A DNA stretch of 64,000 nt, from the NCBI RefSeq assembly GCF_018977255.1, contig NW_024704742.1, positions 52,330,001 to 52,394,000 on the forward strand, written 5' to 3'. The DNA is from Callorhinchus milii. Lineage: Eukaryota. Made by a program: the position numbers and the translations under genes. Each line of letters begins with the position of its first letter. Position 1 is the first letter of the stretch. Below, in pieces: positions 47,331-61,212 of the stretch. The notes beneath the pieces were generated by a model. The model was not told where the DNA came from, made no database searches, and was given only the letters and a program-made list of their open reading frames with translations.

Positions 47331-50300
47331 AAAATCTACTTTGTGGTTTAGACGATGGTGAGAAAACCCAAATAAAGAAGACAAACATAAAAGGAGGGCA
47401 TTGTCTTGATGTGGTGAATTCATGCACGGTGCCACTTAGTGGCAGGATGCAGAATTGCTATGGCAATTCCTCAGGTAACAAATCCGAAGAACTCAAGAAG
47501 GGATGGAAAGAGGAAAGGTCAATTGTCTTGTTCAGCTTGTTACTTCTCCAGACCACATTAATCTATTCCATTGCAGACTCACCCACTATATTATGCACAT
47601 CCCCAAAGGTAATGAAGCTAATATTCTACAATATTCACCAATCTCACCTCTCTACTATTCCCTTCACTGACAAAATTATTTTGCTTCCTCCCTTCCTCAC
47701 CCTGCACCCACACCCCACCCCCCCCACCATTCCACAGTTCAACAATTATGTCCCTTGGAGTATCTGCTTTATTCTGCAACTATTCTCGCTTCCTCCAATA
47801 ATGTTCCTAACTAACTGTATATCCACTTATTTTTTGAAACTTTTAATTGGTTGCTTTTATTGGGAATCTGTTACGCATATTGACTACTCTGTGGGGAAGT
47901 AAGAATCCTTCTAATCGCTTCTCCTGCTTGAATCTTGTTCATTTTAAATCTTCAAATCTTTAGTTCTTCTCTCATGATTCCAGTTAACAGCCTTCTTACA
48001 TCCACATCACCCATGCTTTTCAGTATTTGAAGGCCTCAGCTGATTGTTAGGAAGATTTGGCAAGTGAAGGAGAGATATCGCTTCACAGTCAAACAGAAAG
48101 CAAGATAGTTCTTGATAAGTAATAGTCATCTATAGCTAGTAGATATGGCACAGACAGTTTCCTTCTGGGCTTAAGTTTCTATGTTTGAATAATTCTTTAA
48201 AGCGACCTGGTCTTAATTAGCACAAGAAATACCTGCAAATTTGCTGCAGTTTCTTAATTGAAAGCTCAATATCTGGACTTACAACCACATTACTGGCCTG
48301 CAATGGGAAATTGACCATATCAAGTGGGATACCATGATCTTTTACTAGCAAGCAGCTGAGTATGAAAAGACGGCTGTGGGAGAATTGAAGCCTGGAGCAG
48401 ATTGCTAAGTAAACACAAGTTCTTAAATACAAGGCTGATGCTCAATAGAAAATGGTGATACATTAGTGGACACCTCAGTATTGCTTGTGCTAATTTTAGG
48501 GAGAAATTTACATGAGTTTGGATTTGCTCTATTTATCTACCATTTGGAGGGTGCAAATTCATCCAGAATTTAGCAAATTGCTGAATTCATTTTGAAGTTG
48601 AGAACTGAATATAAGAATTTACCAAATTCTTGTTGCTCTAAAATATTATGTTCATAGAAATAATCTAGACCTAGGTGAAATTTCTCACAGGCCTTAAGGA
48701 ATATTGTAAATCCTCCTCCTATGTTTGTAATAACTGGTTAATCAGCAGTTTTGCACTGAATGAGGTTTCCAGGTTTCCTTTCCACATAGAATTGTTTGTG
48801 GCACAGTCCTATGGAAAGGAAACAAACATTTTCCTTAACATGATATTTATGAAAGTTTTATTTAAAAAATATTTATGTAGAAATTCCATCTGTATCCAGA
48901 TTTACTCTATGTCTTAAATACAGCCTTAATTTTCAAGCTGTTTTTGTAAGTTCTTTTAAGAAATGCTATATAAATAGAACAAATCTAGTTGCAATTTATT
49001 TCCAAAATAGTAAAAATGCCCCAAAATTTGGGCGTGTACAATGAGATGTGACTTTACAAGGTGCCTTGACACTAGAAATGTTCTGCTAAAAAAAATCGAA
49101 ACTGCAAAATCTGTTGAAACTACAGTTAACATAAGGACAACCATTTTTTTGAAAAAGCAACACCTCCATTGCAGACAAAAGACAGATTAGCCCAGGTTGT
49201 ACCTGTATTAGGACCAAATACAATGCATCCTTCTCCTCCCTCAACTAACGTGGATCATCTTGTAAAATATGTAAAAATATGTTAAAAAAATCAACAACCA
49301 TAAGAACAGAAGTTGTGGTTTGTGTTCACAAACTAAGCTGTGGGTTCAAGCCCCACATTGGGACTTTGAACTCACATAGGCTCACACCCGATACAGTTCA
49401 GTGCCTGCATTGTTGGAAGTGCCTTCCTTCAGGTGAGATGTTAAACCAAGCTCCCACCTGCTTGTTCAGATGGACTTCAAGGATCCCATGACAATATTGG
49501 TAAAGAGGAGTTTCTCCTGATGTTCTGGCCACCTATCCCTCAGATAAAAAAAATATTTATTTGCCTGTCATTTACTTCATGGCTGTTTGTGGGAGATTGC
49601 TCCCGTGTTCTCCTACAATTGGCTGTCGTGTTCCCTACAATTCGGCTGAATGGCCTTCTTCTGTGCTGTAAGTATCTATGGTTCTATAGTAAAATACACA
49701 GTCACTACAGTTTACTATGAATCCTGTGAAACGTTTTAAGATGGCCTCCTGAAGTGGTATATAAAACGCCTTGGGATGTCCTCCGACATGAAAGGCGCTA
49801 TACAAATGTAATCTTGTTGTTGTTGTTGTTGATATAATGATGCTATATCAAATGGAAGAATTATTATTATTTCTCAAACTTAACTGAGTGAGCCACAATT
49901 GAAAGTTTTACGGGATTTCACTACTGGCAGAACTGTCAACTCACTAAGATTTTTTGAAGCATGTTTTTGGCATGTTAATTGTAGGCAGATACCATCCACC
50001 CTCTTTTCACAAAGGTTGAAAAAGAACCAATTTTAATTGCGCTCAATGATTTGACATTGTTGACTATATTAGAACCTTCTGGTTGCATTTTATACATGAC
50101 TTTAGTTGCACAGTTCTCCTTCCACTGCAGGCAAATGAAGTCATGCTCTTCACTTCTGGCAAAATACTCCCCAGGAATGCATAGGAGAATACAGTTGGAC
50201 TATGATTTTCAACTCACAACCTTCCAACCCAGCTGTGTGAGCATTACCATCTCAATCAAGTTGATACAGGTGGAGAATCACCCTCCCTATAAGAATAAGT

Positions 50301-52239
50301 TTTTGAGAACTTTAAGCGGAAGAATTCTGACAAGTTTTAATGTAACATTTTCTTTGAGAATCTGTCAGTTGTCTTGCCCACTTTTTGGAAATCAGTCATG
50401 ATTTCATGCCAACAAGCTAGACAGAAATGGTGCTTCCTCACAGCACACATAGTTCAATGGTGAATTTTGGGCAACACCCAGAGGAAGTAGGTATTAAAGT
50501 CTTTTTTTAATACTGCATCAGCCACTGGGGAGAAATTTGTGGAGTATGATGTGATAATTATCTACGCTGATGATGTTCAGTAGCTTTTTTTTCTCACATT
50601 CACCCACAAAAAAATAGTCAATTCACTTTACAATCTGTTCTGTGAAGCACTTTGAGACATCTAGAAGAATTGAAAAGCGCTATATCAAATGCAAGGATTA
50701 TAATTATTATTATTATTTTATTTTATTTGAATTTCTGATGAGTGATTAAATGGCCAGCATTATAAAGAATTTACAAATTGACTTTTTTTATTGCCAGTTC
50801 ATCTGTGGTCCAAGGGGCTGTTAAAGAACCCATGGTGCTATTCAAAAGAAAAAAGGAGTTTCTCTTGGTTTTCTGTCCAACAATCCCCCAAATAAAATGT
50901 GTCATTCGTTTCACGGCTGTTTGTGAGACACTGCTGTGTGCTAATTGGCTGCCTCATATGCCTACAAAATATACAGTCACTAGACTTCACAGTAAAAATC
51001 GTGTGATATTCCTTGAAATGCCTTAGCAGTGTGATGAGGTGCAATATCAAATGCAAGGATTATTATTTTCCAAATTTTTATTATCAACAGTATTTCAAAA
51101 CTGTACTGATGTGTGATGAATCATTGCTGATGTACATGACACCTTTTTTTCTCATTCGATTATTATTATTATATATGGACCTACAAAAGTAACTTAATTT
51201 TGATGCAAGAAAGTGAGAATTTCATATGTTTAACATTAGATTTCTGAAATGTTATCAAGTCAACTTAATTGGGATTGTGTGTACTGGAAACCCATTATGC
51301 AAGTAGTTAGTTAATTGGCTTTGAAATCCCTTTGTTTCTATCTGAGATTATGTGCAACATGTACATTTGCATAGTTTAAACATTTTCAGTTGCAACCGTT
51401 TTATCAGGAAGGAATATCTGTTTGGAATGTCAGCAGGTCAATTGAGGACTAATATTGGCAAAAGAACATCTGTTCCCAATGCTGGCAGGAAATTGCTAAA
51501 GCTTACCAACAGTGACTAATCATGTCCAAGTAAAACCAACCGACTGAATTTATAATACCACCCTTTGCACCATTTCCTCAGAAACTGTGGCCTTGTTTTT
51601 TTTGAAAATGCATGTTGATCCCTATCATACACCACCAGCCAGTCGGTCAAAAAGTGACAGAAGTTGTAGGAACAAAAACATCAAGAATAATAGCAATGGG
51701 TGGCTGTTCATTAATCTGCCAAGTCCACACGAGTGTCCAAACGATCACTATTGATGCACCCAATAATGTTGGTTCTGCTAATATTCTTCATCCATATGTT
51801 TTACATCTGGGATATTGTTGTGTGGAAACTGGCTGACTGATCACCTAGAAATGCACAGTCACCACACTTTACAGCAAATCCTGTGAAGCGCTTTGAGACA
51901 TCCCCCGGATGCGAAAGGCACTATACCAAGTGCAAGGATTATTATTATTAATTATTATCAAGATGGCTTTTTGTTAAAATAGATATATAATCCACAATTG
52001 GTTGTGGAACACTGCTGTGCTCAATTGGCTGCCGCATTTTGCACACAAAAATACACAGTCATTACACTTTACAGTATATTCGGTGGAGCGCTTTGAGACG
52101 TCTCGAAGATTTGATAAGGTACTATATCAAATGCAAGGATTATTTCTATTATTATTATTATTTAAATTTTTAAAAGAAACAGATTTAATTGTCTGAAAAT
52201 GATTTTGATCCTGTTATTATTTTCAGGTTGGTGACACCA

Positions 52240-52740
52240 GGCTCAGGATCCAACTGATCCAAAACTTTGCTGCCCACATACTCACCCGTACTAAACCAAG
52301 TACCCCCATCACTCCAGTTCTAGCCAGGCTCCACTCCTCCCTGTCACCTAATGGATCGATTTCAAGATCCTCACAGTCGTTTTAAAATCCATTCATGCCC
52401 TGGCACCTACTTACCTCTCCAACCTGTTTAGCTCCCATCCCACAACCCGCTGCCTCCACTCAACTGGCTATGGCCTTTGGCATGTTCTGTGTGTTCTCCA
52501 TTCCACCATTGACGGCTGCGCTTTCAGCCACTCTGCCCCAAAACTCTGGAACACTCTTCCTCTATCCCTCCGCCTTGCTCTTTCCTTCCCGATCTACAGG
52601 TCGCGCCTGAAAACCTTTCTATTCGACCGTGCCTATGGTTACCTCCCCCGGCTCGGCATCGTGCTCCACCACTGTGAAGCGCTCTGGGATGCTACCCTGT
52701 GTGAGGGGTGTTGTATAAATCAAGTCATTGTTGTTGAAGT
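52240..52740 (+). mobile_element. L2 3' fragment
   Basis: IDFKILTVVLKSIHALAPTYLSNL remnant; tail GGGATGCTACCCTGTGTGAGGGG. Confidence 0.83.
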
Positions 52741-53377
52741 TGTTGGATAGTTTCTGGCAGCAGAATTCTCCCCCACTGATTTAGTGGGACAGAAGGTGGA
52801 ATGCTGTCCCACTAAATCTATATATATATATATATATGCAACACAAAACCTAAAAAATAAGTTGGAGAGTCAGAAAGGACAAATGTACCACCATCATTGT
52901 AAGGTCAGTCAGAAGTCTCAACAGTAGTGAAATAACATTTCCTGCATTGTTTGTTACTCACCATATAATTGCATAGGCTGTACAGCACTGAAACAAGCCA
53001 TTTGACCAAACTAATCCACTGTTTATATTCCACATGAACCTCCACCTTTCTTCTCCCTATCTCTCCCATACCTATTCCCTTCTCCCTCATTTATGCAATC
53101 AGAATATAAGAAGGATTGGGACCCACAAAAGCTCAGTAGACATATCAGTTTTCTTCCAAATACTATGTGAAGTCTACCCTATCAGTATTCTTCAGGGTCT
53201 TATAAGGATAATACACAAGAAGAAGTTTAGTTGAGCAAATCTCAAGCAATTACTCGACATCATTTGAATTGTGTTAACCCCTGAAAACACACTCCAGCCT
53301 GGTGTTCTTTTAAACAGGTGGAACTTGTTGGACATGAAATCACAATAATTACAGCATAGAATGAGGCTATTTGGTAA

Positions 53378-53830
53378 TGTCAGCCTCGCTCAGCACTCTC
53401 ACCTCTGAGTTAGAAGGTTGTGGGTTCAAGTCCCACATTGGAACTTTGAGCTCATAGTCGAGGCTGACACTTCAGGACAGTGCTGGGGGTGGGGGACGGG
53501 GACGTGTTGCATTGTTCGAGGTACATTCTTTGGATGAGATGTAAAATTAAGGTCCCATCTGCCTGGGACGCTACCCTGCTTGAGGGATATATAAATGCAA
53601 GTTGTTTTTCAGGTAGATCCGCACTATTCAAGACGAGAAGGGTGTTTCTCCCGGTGTTCCAGTTAAGAAAGAAATGGTCATTCACTTCATGGCTGTTTGT
53701 GGGACCACTGCTGTCACAAATTGGCTGCAAAAATATACTGTCACTGCACTTTACAGTGAATCATATGAATTGGTTTCAAACATCTTCCTGAGATGAAAAT
53801 TGCTATATCAATGCAAGGATTATAATATTA
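53378..53830 (+). mobile_element. DeuSINE-type SINE with a nested short L2 tail (about 53564-53608)
   Basis: GTCAGCCTCGCTCAG head, GGGTTCAAGTCCC B box, Deu-like body, tail. Confidence 0.8.
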
Positions 53831-55159
53831 CTTTTTTTTTGGTGATGATGGTTATCAGATTGGACAATAACATAAAACATATTTCTGCAGCTCTTCAGTG
53901 AAAATCACGTAGCACAATCATATGATTAGAGTAAAAGCAAGAGAAAATTCTCACTGATTATTCTCCGATTTATTTCCTTTTTCCTTCTACTAGAGTATGG
54001 CTTTTGGTACCTAGCAAAAGTGACCATCATTAATATTGAGCATAGGCAGTGTTGGTGGACTATTTCATTATGGGGGCATCATAACCATGCCTCATCATGC
54101 CCTTACCTGGCATCTATATTTGCATATATTTTAACAAGTGATCTCTGATCTTGAGCAGGCACCTGGTTGATCTTCCCTTCTCTAACTCAGTGGTATTGAA
54201 GTCAACAGTAGTACTCCTAACTGCTGCCCAGATGAGATCAGTTAACTCGTCACATGATTTGAACCTGCAACATTCTGGCCTTGTGTTGCTCCATGTACAT
54301 AATGAACCACTGGGGGCACTGAAGTATTATTGTACCACTTGAAGTTCACCGAAGTACAATTGTGCTAAGTGATTTTTCCTTTAAGTTTTAAGTACTCCAT
54401 GATTTGCACTGAAGAGCTATTGTTCTATAATATGCATGATTTCCACTGCAATAATGTCACTTTATTCCATGGTAAATACAGGAGAATTCCATAGTCAGCG
54501 TTTGAAATACCAGATAATCTAAAAATAGCAGTTTCTGGCCAACAAACCATATGTGACATAAATATTCTACTGCTTCTGGCCATTTTCCTGAAAGCCCTTT
54601 TCACACTTTTGATTGTAATCCAAACTATGTTTCTTTGACTATGTTTTCCACTCCAGGCCAGTTTGGCTTTTAATATAAATTTCTATTTCAGTAGAGTCAT
54701 ATAGCACTTGACTAGGAATCTGTTCCCTTATTCTTTTTTTTCTCCATTTGCCAGTTAGTTTATTTAGTTCTAAATGTTGTTTAGGTGTCACTTGGATGTA
54801 CAATAAATCCTGCAGTAAAACAAACTAAGCTGTTTTCCCAAGGGTATTCCATTCATTTGGGGATGTGGATATGTCTGAAAATACATGCAAACAATAATTG
54901 TAGCGTTGATGGTTTCTGTTTTAAAGCAAATATAAAGTTTTGCTACCTATGCCAAATAGAATGACTCAGAACATGCTTTGCATATCACCCCAAAAAAAAT
55001 TCTACTTTAAAAGATTTTCTGCTTTAATATTTGTTAATATTTTCTACCAATATATTGCCAATTCAATTGAATTCAGATCCCCAAAGTCATATTGATGATA
55101 AATAGTGCTCTGGTCAGGTTCTCCTAAAGTAATTCATAAAGTTCTGGTCACCCAACCCT

Positions 55160-55430
55160 GGAAGCAGTGCAGAGAAGAGCAATGAGGATGACCCCGAGGG
55201 TTAAAGCAATGAGCTATTAGCAATGATTAGCTCTTCGGTCTTGAAAAGGGATATCTCAGAGGGGATCTTATAGAGATACATAACATTTTAAATGGCATTG
55301 AGAAAGTCAACCAAGGCCAATACTTCTGTATGCACCTAGACAGCAGAACAAGAGTTTATGATTAAAAAGAGCAATTTTAAGACCATGGGATGTATTTCTT
55401 TACACAAAGGGTAATTAACGACTGATCCAG
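55160..55430 (+). mobile_element. Old CR1 3' ORF2 fragment
   Basis: LEAVQRRAMRM..LSY..LRGDLIETY remnant. Similar CR1 pieces at about 15495-15660(-), 16345-16470(+), 32745-33150(-), 49640-49690(+) and 52960-53090(-). Confidence 0.7.
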
Positions 55431-57917
55431 GCCATGTAGTCATTATCAACTGATTCAGGGCATGTAGAAGAGGTCCCAGTACAAATACCCGAGGGACCCT
55501 GCTTAATACAAAGCTCCTCTAACAATAACCTTCTGCTTCTTTCCTTTTAGCCAATTTTGAATTTGTGTCTACTTCTTGCCCTTGATACCCAGTGATGTCA
55601 GTTTGTGGTGCTATCCTTTGGATGAGACATTAATCCAACGTCCCATCTGCTGTTCAGATGGACTTTAAAGATCCTATTGCACTGTTTCAAAAGAGAAGAG
55701 AGGTTCTTTGGGTGTCTTGGCCAACAATTCTCTAGATAAATTGATAGTTCATCTCATGGCTATGTGAGAGACTTTGCTGGACCCACAATGGCTGCCATGT
55801 TTCTCTTTCAAACAGTCAATGGACTCGACAGTAATTACTGAAAAGCCATTAGAGATCTTTGATGTATTGTGGCATTACAAATTGAAAGTTCTTTCTTTTT
55901 AGTTACTTAGTGTACAGTACAGAAGTGGCCATTATGTACTGAAGCTGAAAAACAATGTACTATAGTTAACATTATTGGGTCAGTATTATAAATATGCTTT
56001 TTCATAGATTCTCTATTATCATTAATAATAATAACTCTTGTATTTCATAGCACCTTTCAAACCAGGAGGATGTCTCAAAGCACTTTACAGGATTTACTGT
56101 GTGTGTTGCAGGCGAACATGGCAGCCAATTTGTGAACAGCAAAGTCCCACAAACAGTCATGAAGTAAGCTAGTATTTGTATTTGAATCGTATCCCCTTTC
56201 AAATTCTATTCATTATTTCACCATTTGTACATCTGTATAGATAGATATATGTATGCAACTGTATTATGCCCCTTATCTTTTCATGTGACTTAACATAATT
56301 AGTGCATCATTTGCATTTTATTTCTCATTGTTGGACACACAGATGTGCACACCCCATCTATTCTTTTGCACCTACAGGAGAAAATAAAACCTTTGCACAA
56401 GTTTTCAGAATTGCACAAAAGCAAATGATGCTGCACTTTGTGGTTAAATGTCAACAGGATGTTTGTGTGTCTCATGTTCTTTCTGAGAATAACAAAACAG
56501 GAAATGAGGACAAGTAAAGATGTTAGTTCCTCATTGGTCAACAATTCTCTTGATAAATTGGTTATTCACTGGGAATCATTGATGCATTCTTGCATTATAA
56601 TAATAAACCTCGCATTTGTTAGAGCGTTTTTTATGTTAAGAGGATGTCTGAAATGCCTTTACAGAATATAGTGTAAAGTGTAATAGCTATATATTTGTAG
56701 GCAAATGTGCCAACCCACTTGCGCATAGCAATGTCTCGTGAACAAGCATGAAGTGAAAGAAAAAATATTTTCCTTTCAAATAGTACCATGATTTCGTTAA
56801 CATCCACCTGAACAGGCAGATGGGACTTTGGTTTAAAGTCTCATTTGAAAGATAGCAATAAAACAATACAACACCTCCGCATTGGAATGTCAGCCTAGAT
56901 GATATGGGTTCACAGTCCCAATGTGGAGCTTCCATCCCCTGCTGCCTATTATATAATTTTGTGATTTTGGAGAACTACCTCACTGCAAGCCTGAATGTTA
57001 TTTTGAATGAAGATAGTGGAGTCCAATACGCAAATAGTCATAAGAGGATTTGTTGATATAAAAGCACATACTCCTTTGACCCCCATGCCAACCAACTGCA
57101 ATTCTGCTTGGGCCTGATCTCTTTTCTGGCTTCCATGCTATCAGATTATGGCTACAGTGGACTCCCCTAAATTGGTATCTTTCTGTCTCCAATTTCAGAG
57201 ATGCTGAGCTACCACCTGGGATTTATGTTATTTTACTTTCTAGCTTTAGGGATGGCTTTAAACTATTTTATTTTGGTTAATATTTGTTTTCTGGGCTGGA
57301 GTTACTGAAGAGGGGCAAAATTGGTACTCTCCATGGTCCACAAAGAAGTTTTTTACTGATAGGCCAATGGCCTTGATCCCAAGCCATCCAAACAGTAAAC
57401 ATCTATTTGTGTCTGGGGAGAGTGCAGAAGTTCATTAATAAAATCCTAAATTAGATCTCATAATGTTTTTTGTCAAAACAGGTCCATGAATTTCATTCCT
57501 TATCCCATCATGGTTATCAAGGAGATAAGTGTATAAGTATATCTCAGGTTGTCGAGTGATTTTATAGGCTGGATATCCTGCTCTTCTTGGGCTCCAGACA
57601 TGCAATCATTTTAAACAATCAAGGAAAGAAACAGAACAAACAGATAAGGGGGACCCTTGACTGGGCACTGTGCACTGCTAGCAAATAGGAAACACGGTCA
57701 CTAGTCAACAACCACTCACGCAATAATGTTTCCTTTCTATCCAAGGAGTAAAAATACATATCTTGAGCAGGAGCAAGTTTTCTGACTACATAAGCAAATC
57801 CTTTGGCACCCATTCAAAATCTCTATGGTTTATTTGAATACAATATTTTTCTTTCCTAGATCTCAACCTTTTTATATTTATAGCTTCTTTAATGTGTATC
57901 GTGTCATTAAACAGTCT

Positions 57918-58379
57918 GCGTCAGCCTGGCTCAGTTTATAGGAGTCTACGTCAGCCTGGCTCAGTTTGTAGGAGTCTTACCTCCGAATCAGAAGGTTGCG
58001 GGTTTTAAGCCCCATGTTAGGACATTGAACTCATTTATTCTCTTCTGACAATTCAGTACTGCATTGTTGGAGGTGCTGTCCTTCAGATAAGACATTAAAT
58101 CCAGGTTCTGTCTGCCTGTTCAGATGGAAATTAAAATCACATGGCACTTATGAAAAAGAGAAGGGAGTTTCCACCAGTGTCCTGGCCAACAAATCCCCAT
58201 GTACAACTGGTGATTCATTTCATAGCTGTTTGTGTTGTTTCGATGCTGTGCGGAAATTGGCTGCTGCATTTGCCTACAAAATGCACAGTCTCTAAACTTC
58301 ACAGTAAAATTCCTGTGAAGTAACTTGAGATGTCTCAATGACATGGCAAAGTACTATATCAAGTGCAAGGATTATTATT
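57918..58379 (+). mobile_element. Full-length DeuSINE-type SINE with a tandemly duplicated 5' end
   Basis: Head, Deu-like body and tail; 30-bp tandem duplication at 57913-57972. Confidence 0.82.
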
Positions 58380-60107
58380 TCTCACTCTTTAACATCAGCA
58401 TTTCAATGTTCTATTGACTTGTGATGAATCATTACCGATGTACATGAAACCACCTTCTTTCCTCATCAATATTTCTCTTCAATTTTCTTCCATTTCATTC
58501 TTCTCCCGAAAGAGTTTGAATCTTTTTTCTAAGATTAGGGTTCCATGTGTGCTGACACTCTCTGTTGCCTTGCCCAAGTGACCATTATTCATGCTTGGAC
58601 CTTGACAGTGAGTGTTGACAGGATATGTGACCGTAAAGATTTCAATCAAGTCCAATCCTATTTTTACTCACCATCTATACACACTTATACAGGGATTAAG
58701 AATGGAAACTTTGGGTGCATTTTCCCGTTCTAATCAAAGCCCGAAAATTGGAATACCCCACCTGCTGTTTCAAATGAAACCAACTAACTGCACGGACTGA
58801 GATTATAGTCCGTATAGTTCTGATCTTTATAGCTCAATAGTACACCGGGTACTATTCACTAGGCCATGGGTAAGGGGAAATCGGACGCAGTAACAATATT
58901 TACAAGAATAAAGGAGATGAGTTCAAGATGATAAAATCTCCAATGACACAACCAAAAATAAGAAAGCAGAAGTATTCCTTTCAATGAGGCTGAAAGAAAC
59001 ATATCATCTAATTGGTGGTCTTGTGTTGAGTTTTGTAACCCAACTTGGGGAAGCTTTCTTACTTTTCAGATCCTTGTCAATTGTATGTCTCTCACTCTGA
59101 CTGTAAATGGATTGCCAGTATGAGCAATGCTTCCATGGCTGATTGACTGAACTCTGCAACTAGAGCAGTTCTGGCTTTCATTATAGAACTGAATACAGAG
59201 GTATAATTAGAAAACTATTTCTCAGTCATCTAGGTGCGTATGGAGAGTGGAGATAAAACCCAAATCAATATACATTTGGGGAAACTTTCTGTTAATATAA
59301 TAGACTCGAACATTACAGCCCCATTTTTGGAATTCCTGTACATTAAATACAGGCAATTTCAGTCCGCGATCCCATTGAACCATTTCCTGTATCCCCACAG
59401 ATGTGTGTGATTCCACAATGCAACATTGTTATTGCGACTTCCACTTCAAATAGTGGGAATGATTTGATCCTTCCTGCAGTGCAAGAGAAAAGAATCAGCT
59501 GGGGCTTGAACTACGTCTTAAGAAGTGTAACTAGATGTTTGTTTGGTTTTGCATATCCTCCCAGTGGGAACTCCAAGGTCTAAATACAACCAAACCTCGC
59601 TGTTACAAACTTACTCAGATTGGCAATGTACAGTAGTGCAAGTCACTGCCTGAATCCAGGATGTTCTAAAATCCATCTAAAGTTATCCTTGCTTACCAAT
59701 TTTGCCACTTCTAAATGTTCAGAACTGTATTTGTATGTGTCTGTGGTGGTGGCAGGGGGGGGGGGGGGGGGGGAGGGGGCGGTGGAAGGGGCAAGCTCAG
59801 AACTTTCCGCAGGATTGTATGTATGGGAGATGGGAATTTTCAGGACTCCTAATAATTGTACTTCCACTCCTTAAGATAACTGGAGAAGTGTAATGAACAT
59901 TTCGAACCACAGAAGATTCGGAGGGTGGATTTCAGTACACAATAGGTTTGTAGGAGCAACGGATTTAATAGCCAAATGGATTTTCTTCATAATAATAATC
60001 CTTGCATTTGGTATATTACATGATCACATCATTGAGATGTCTCAAAGCACTTCTAAACTGTATTTTGTGTGTGAAAATAAATTGATCTCTTTATAATGAC
60101 ATAGCAA

Positions 60108-60430
60108 AATAATAATAATATTCCTTACATTTGATACTTTATCACATCATTGAGACTTCTCAAAGCTCCTCACAGAATATACTGTAAAGTGAATTCACTG
60201 TATATGGGCAAAACGGTGCACCAATTGTGCACATCAGTGTCCCACAAACAGTCATGAATTGAATGAACCCAATTTTTTTTAAGGGATTATTAACCCCAGA
60301 GAGCAATCTGCCAATCAAATAACAACCAGGTTCTTACTTACTGCTAGGTAAACAGAGACATATGGGATAAGGAAACTTGCCTAAAGTTTCGTCCTGCCCG
60401 GGAATTGAACCCGGGTCCTCTTGCTTGTGA
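60108..60430 (-). mobile_element. tRNA-headed SINE (CORE/Meta-like), 5'-truncated
   Basis: Reverse complement aligns to 16886-17250. Confidence 0.82.
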
Positions 60431-60749
60431 ATAGATTATTATTTTAGCAATCTGCTTTTCAGAGAGAGTTTGTTAGGGTGGCACATGACCAGGTCACATT
60501 CACGTCACAGAATAATTGATTTGGTATAATTGTTAAACTCTCTAGCACACATTCAGGTAGAGTTGAAAAGCAAAAAGTGCTGGCTCCACAGTCACCAGGG
60601 ATTAAGGATTCCGCTTGCAGGAACTTTTACAAGCAAAGATAGTGAAAAGTCTCAAAATTGTGATGTCATCTTTTACTGTCATCAAAGCTTTATACTATTC
60701 TAGTCAAATACAGTCGAGCCCTGTTAAAGACATGATGTCAGAGAATCAT

Positions 60750-60915
60750 CCAGTGCACGACGCACACGTGCAGCGCACAGGAAGCGATGTTAGTGCTACT
60801 TCCTGTGCATGCATAGAAAGCCATTTTTAATGTTTTATTTGTGACTCAGTCAGTGACACATTGGACCCTCTGACTGCTCTGTAATAAGGCTCCCCTGTAT
60901 AAACACGTGCCTTGC
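60750..60915. promoter_or_regulatory. Candidate enhancer (E-box/ETS/AP-1 cluster)
   Basis: CACGTG 60765-60770 and 60904-60909; inverted ETS pair GCACAGGAAG 60775-60784 / CTTCCTGTGC 60799-60808; TGACTCA 60842-60848; local CpG retention; non-repeat DNA. Confidence 0.45.
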
Positions 60916-61212
60916 ATGGAAATTGTTAAATAAATCATCAGAATTGTGAAATGGCTTAGAGAAATAACATGGACTTGGTTCGTCACACTGGTTCCAAAAC
61001 CAATGGAAAGAATGTTAATAGTTAATATCACAATGGCTGTGAAAAAAAAGATTGAACCAAACTGCATAGTCTTTTGTTCGACACTCTTTTTTCAAAGTTA
61101 TAAAGACTATCATATTTTGAACAATGATTATATAATAGCTTTGGAAACCCTTCAGAGAATACTGGCTGATTGGTTCAGCTTACAGCATATTGTACTGACA
61201 TTGCTGATAAAG

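Noticed and set aside
47327..47902. 191-aa ORF
   Set aside because: TTG start, no recognisable domain, flanked by and overlapping L2/CR1 remnants, and no convincing exon structure.
51112..51131. C/D-box snoRNA-like TGATGA...CTGA
   Set aside because: The boxes are only about 8 nt apart, there is no terminal stem, the site is intergenic, and the D box is not kept in the homologous copy at 58420.
59755..59792. Long poly-G tract and Gly/Pro-rich ORFs
   Set aside because: Simple homopolymer of uncertain length. The ORFs result from low complexity, and G4 potential alone is uninformative.
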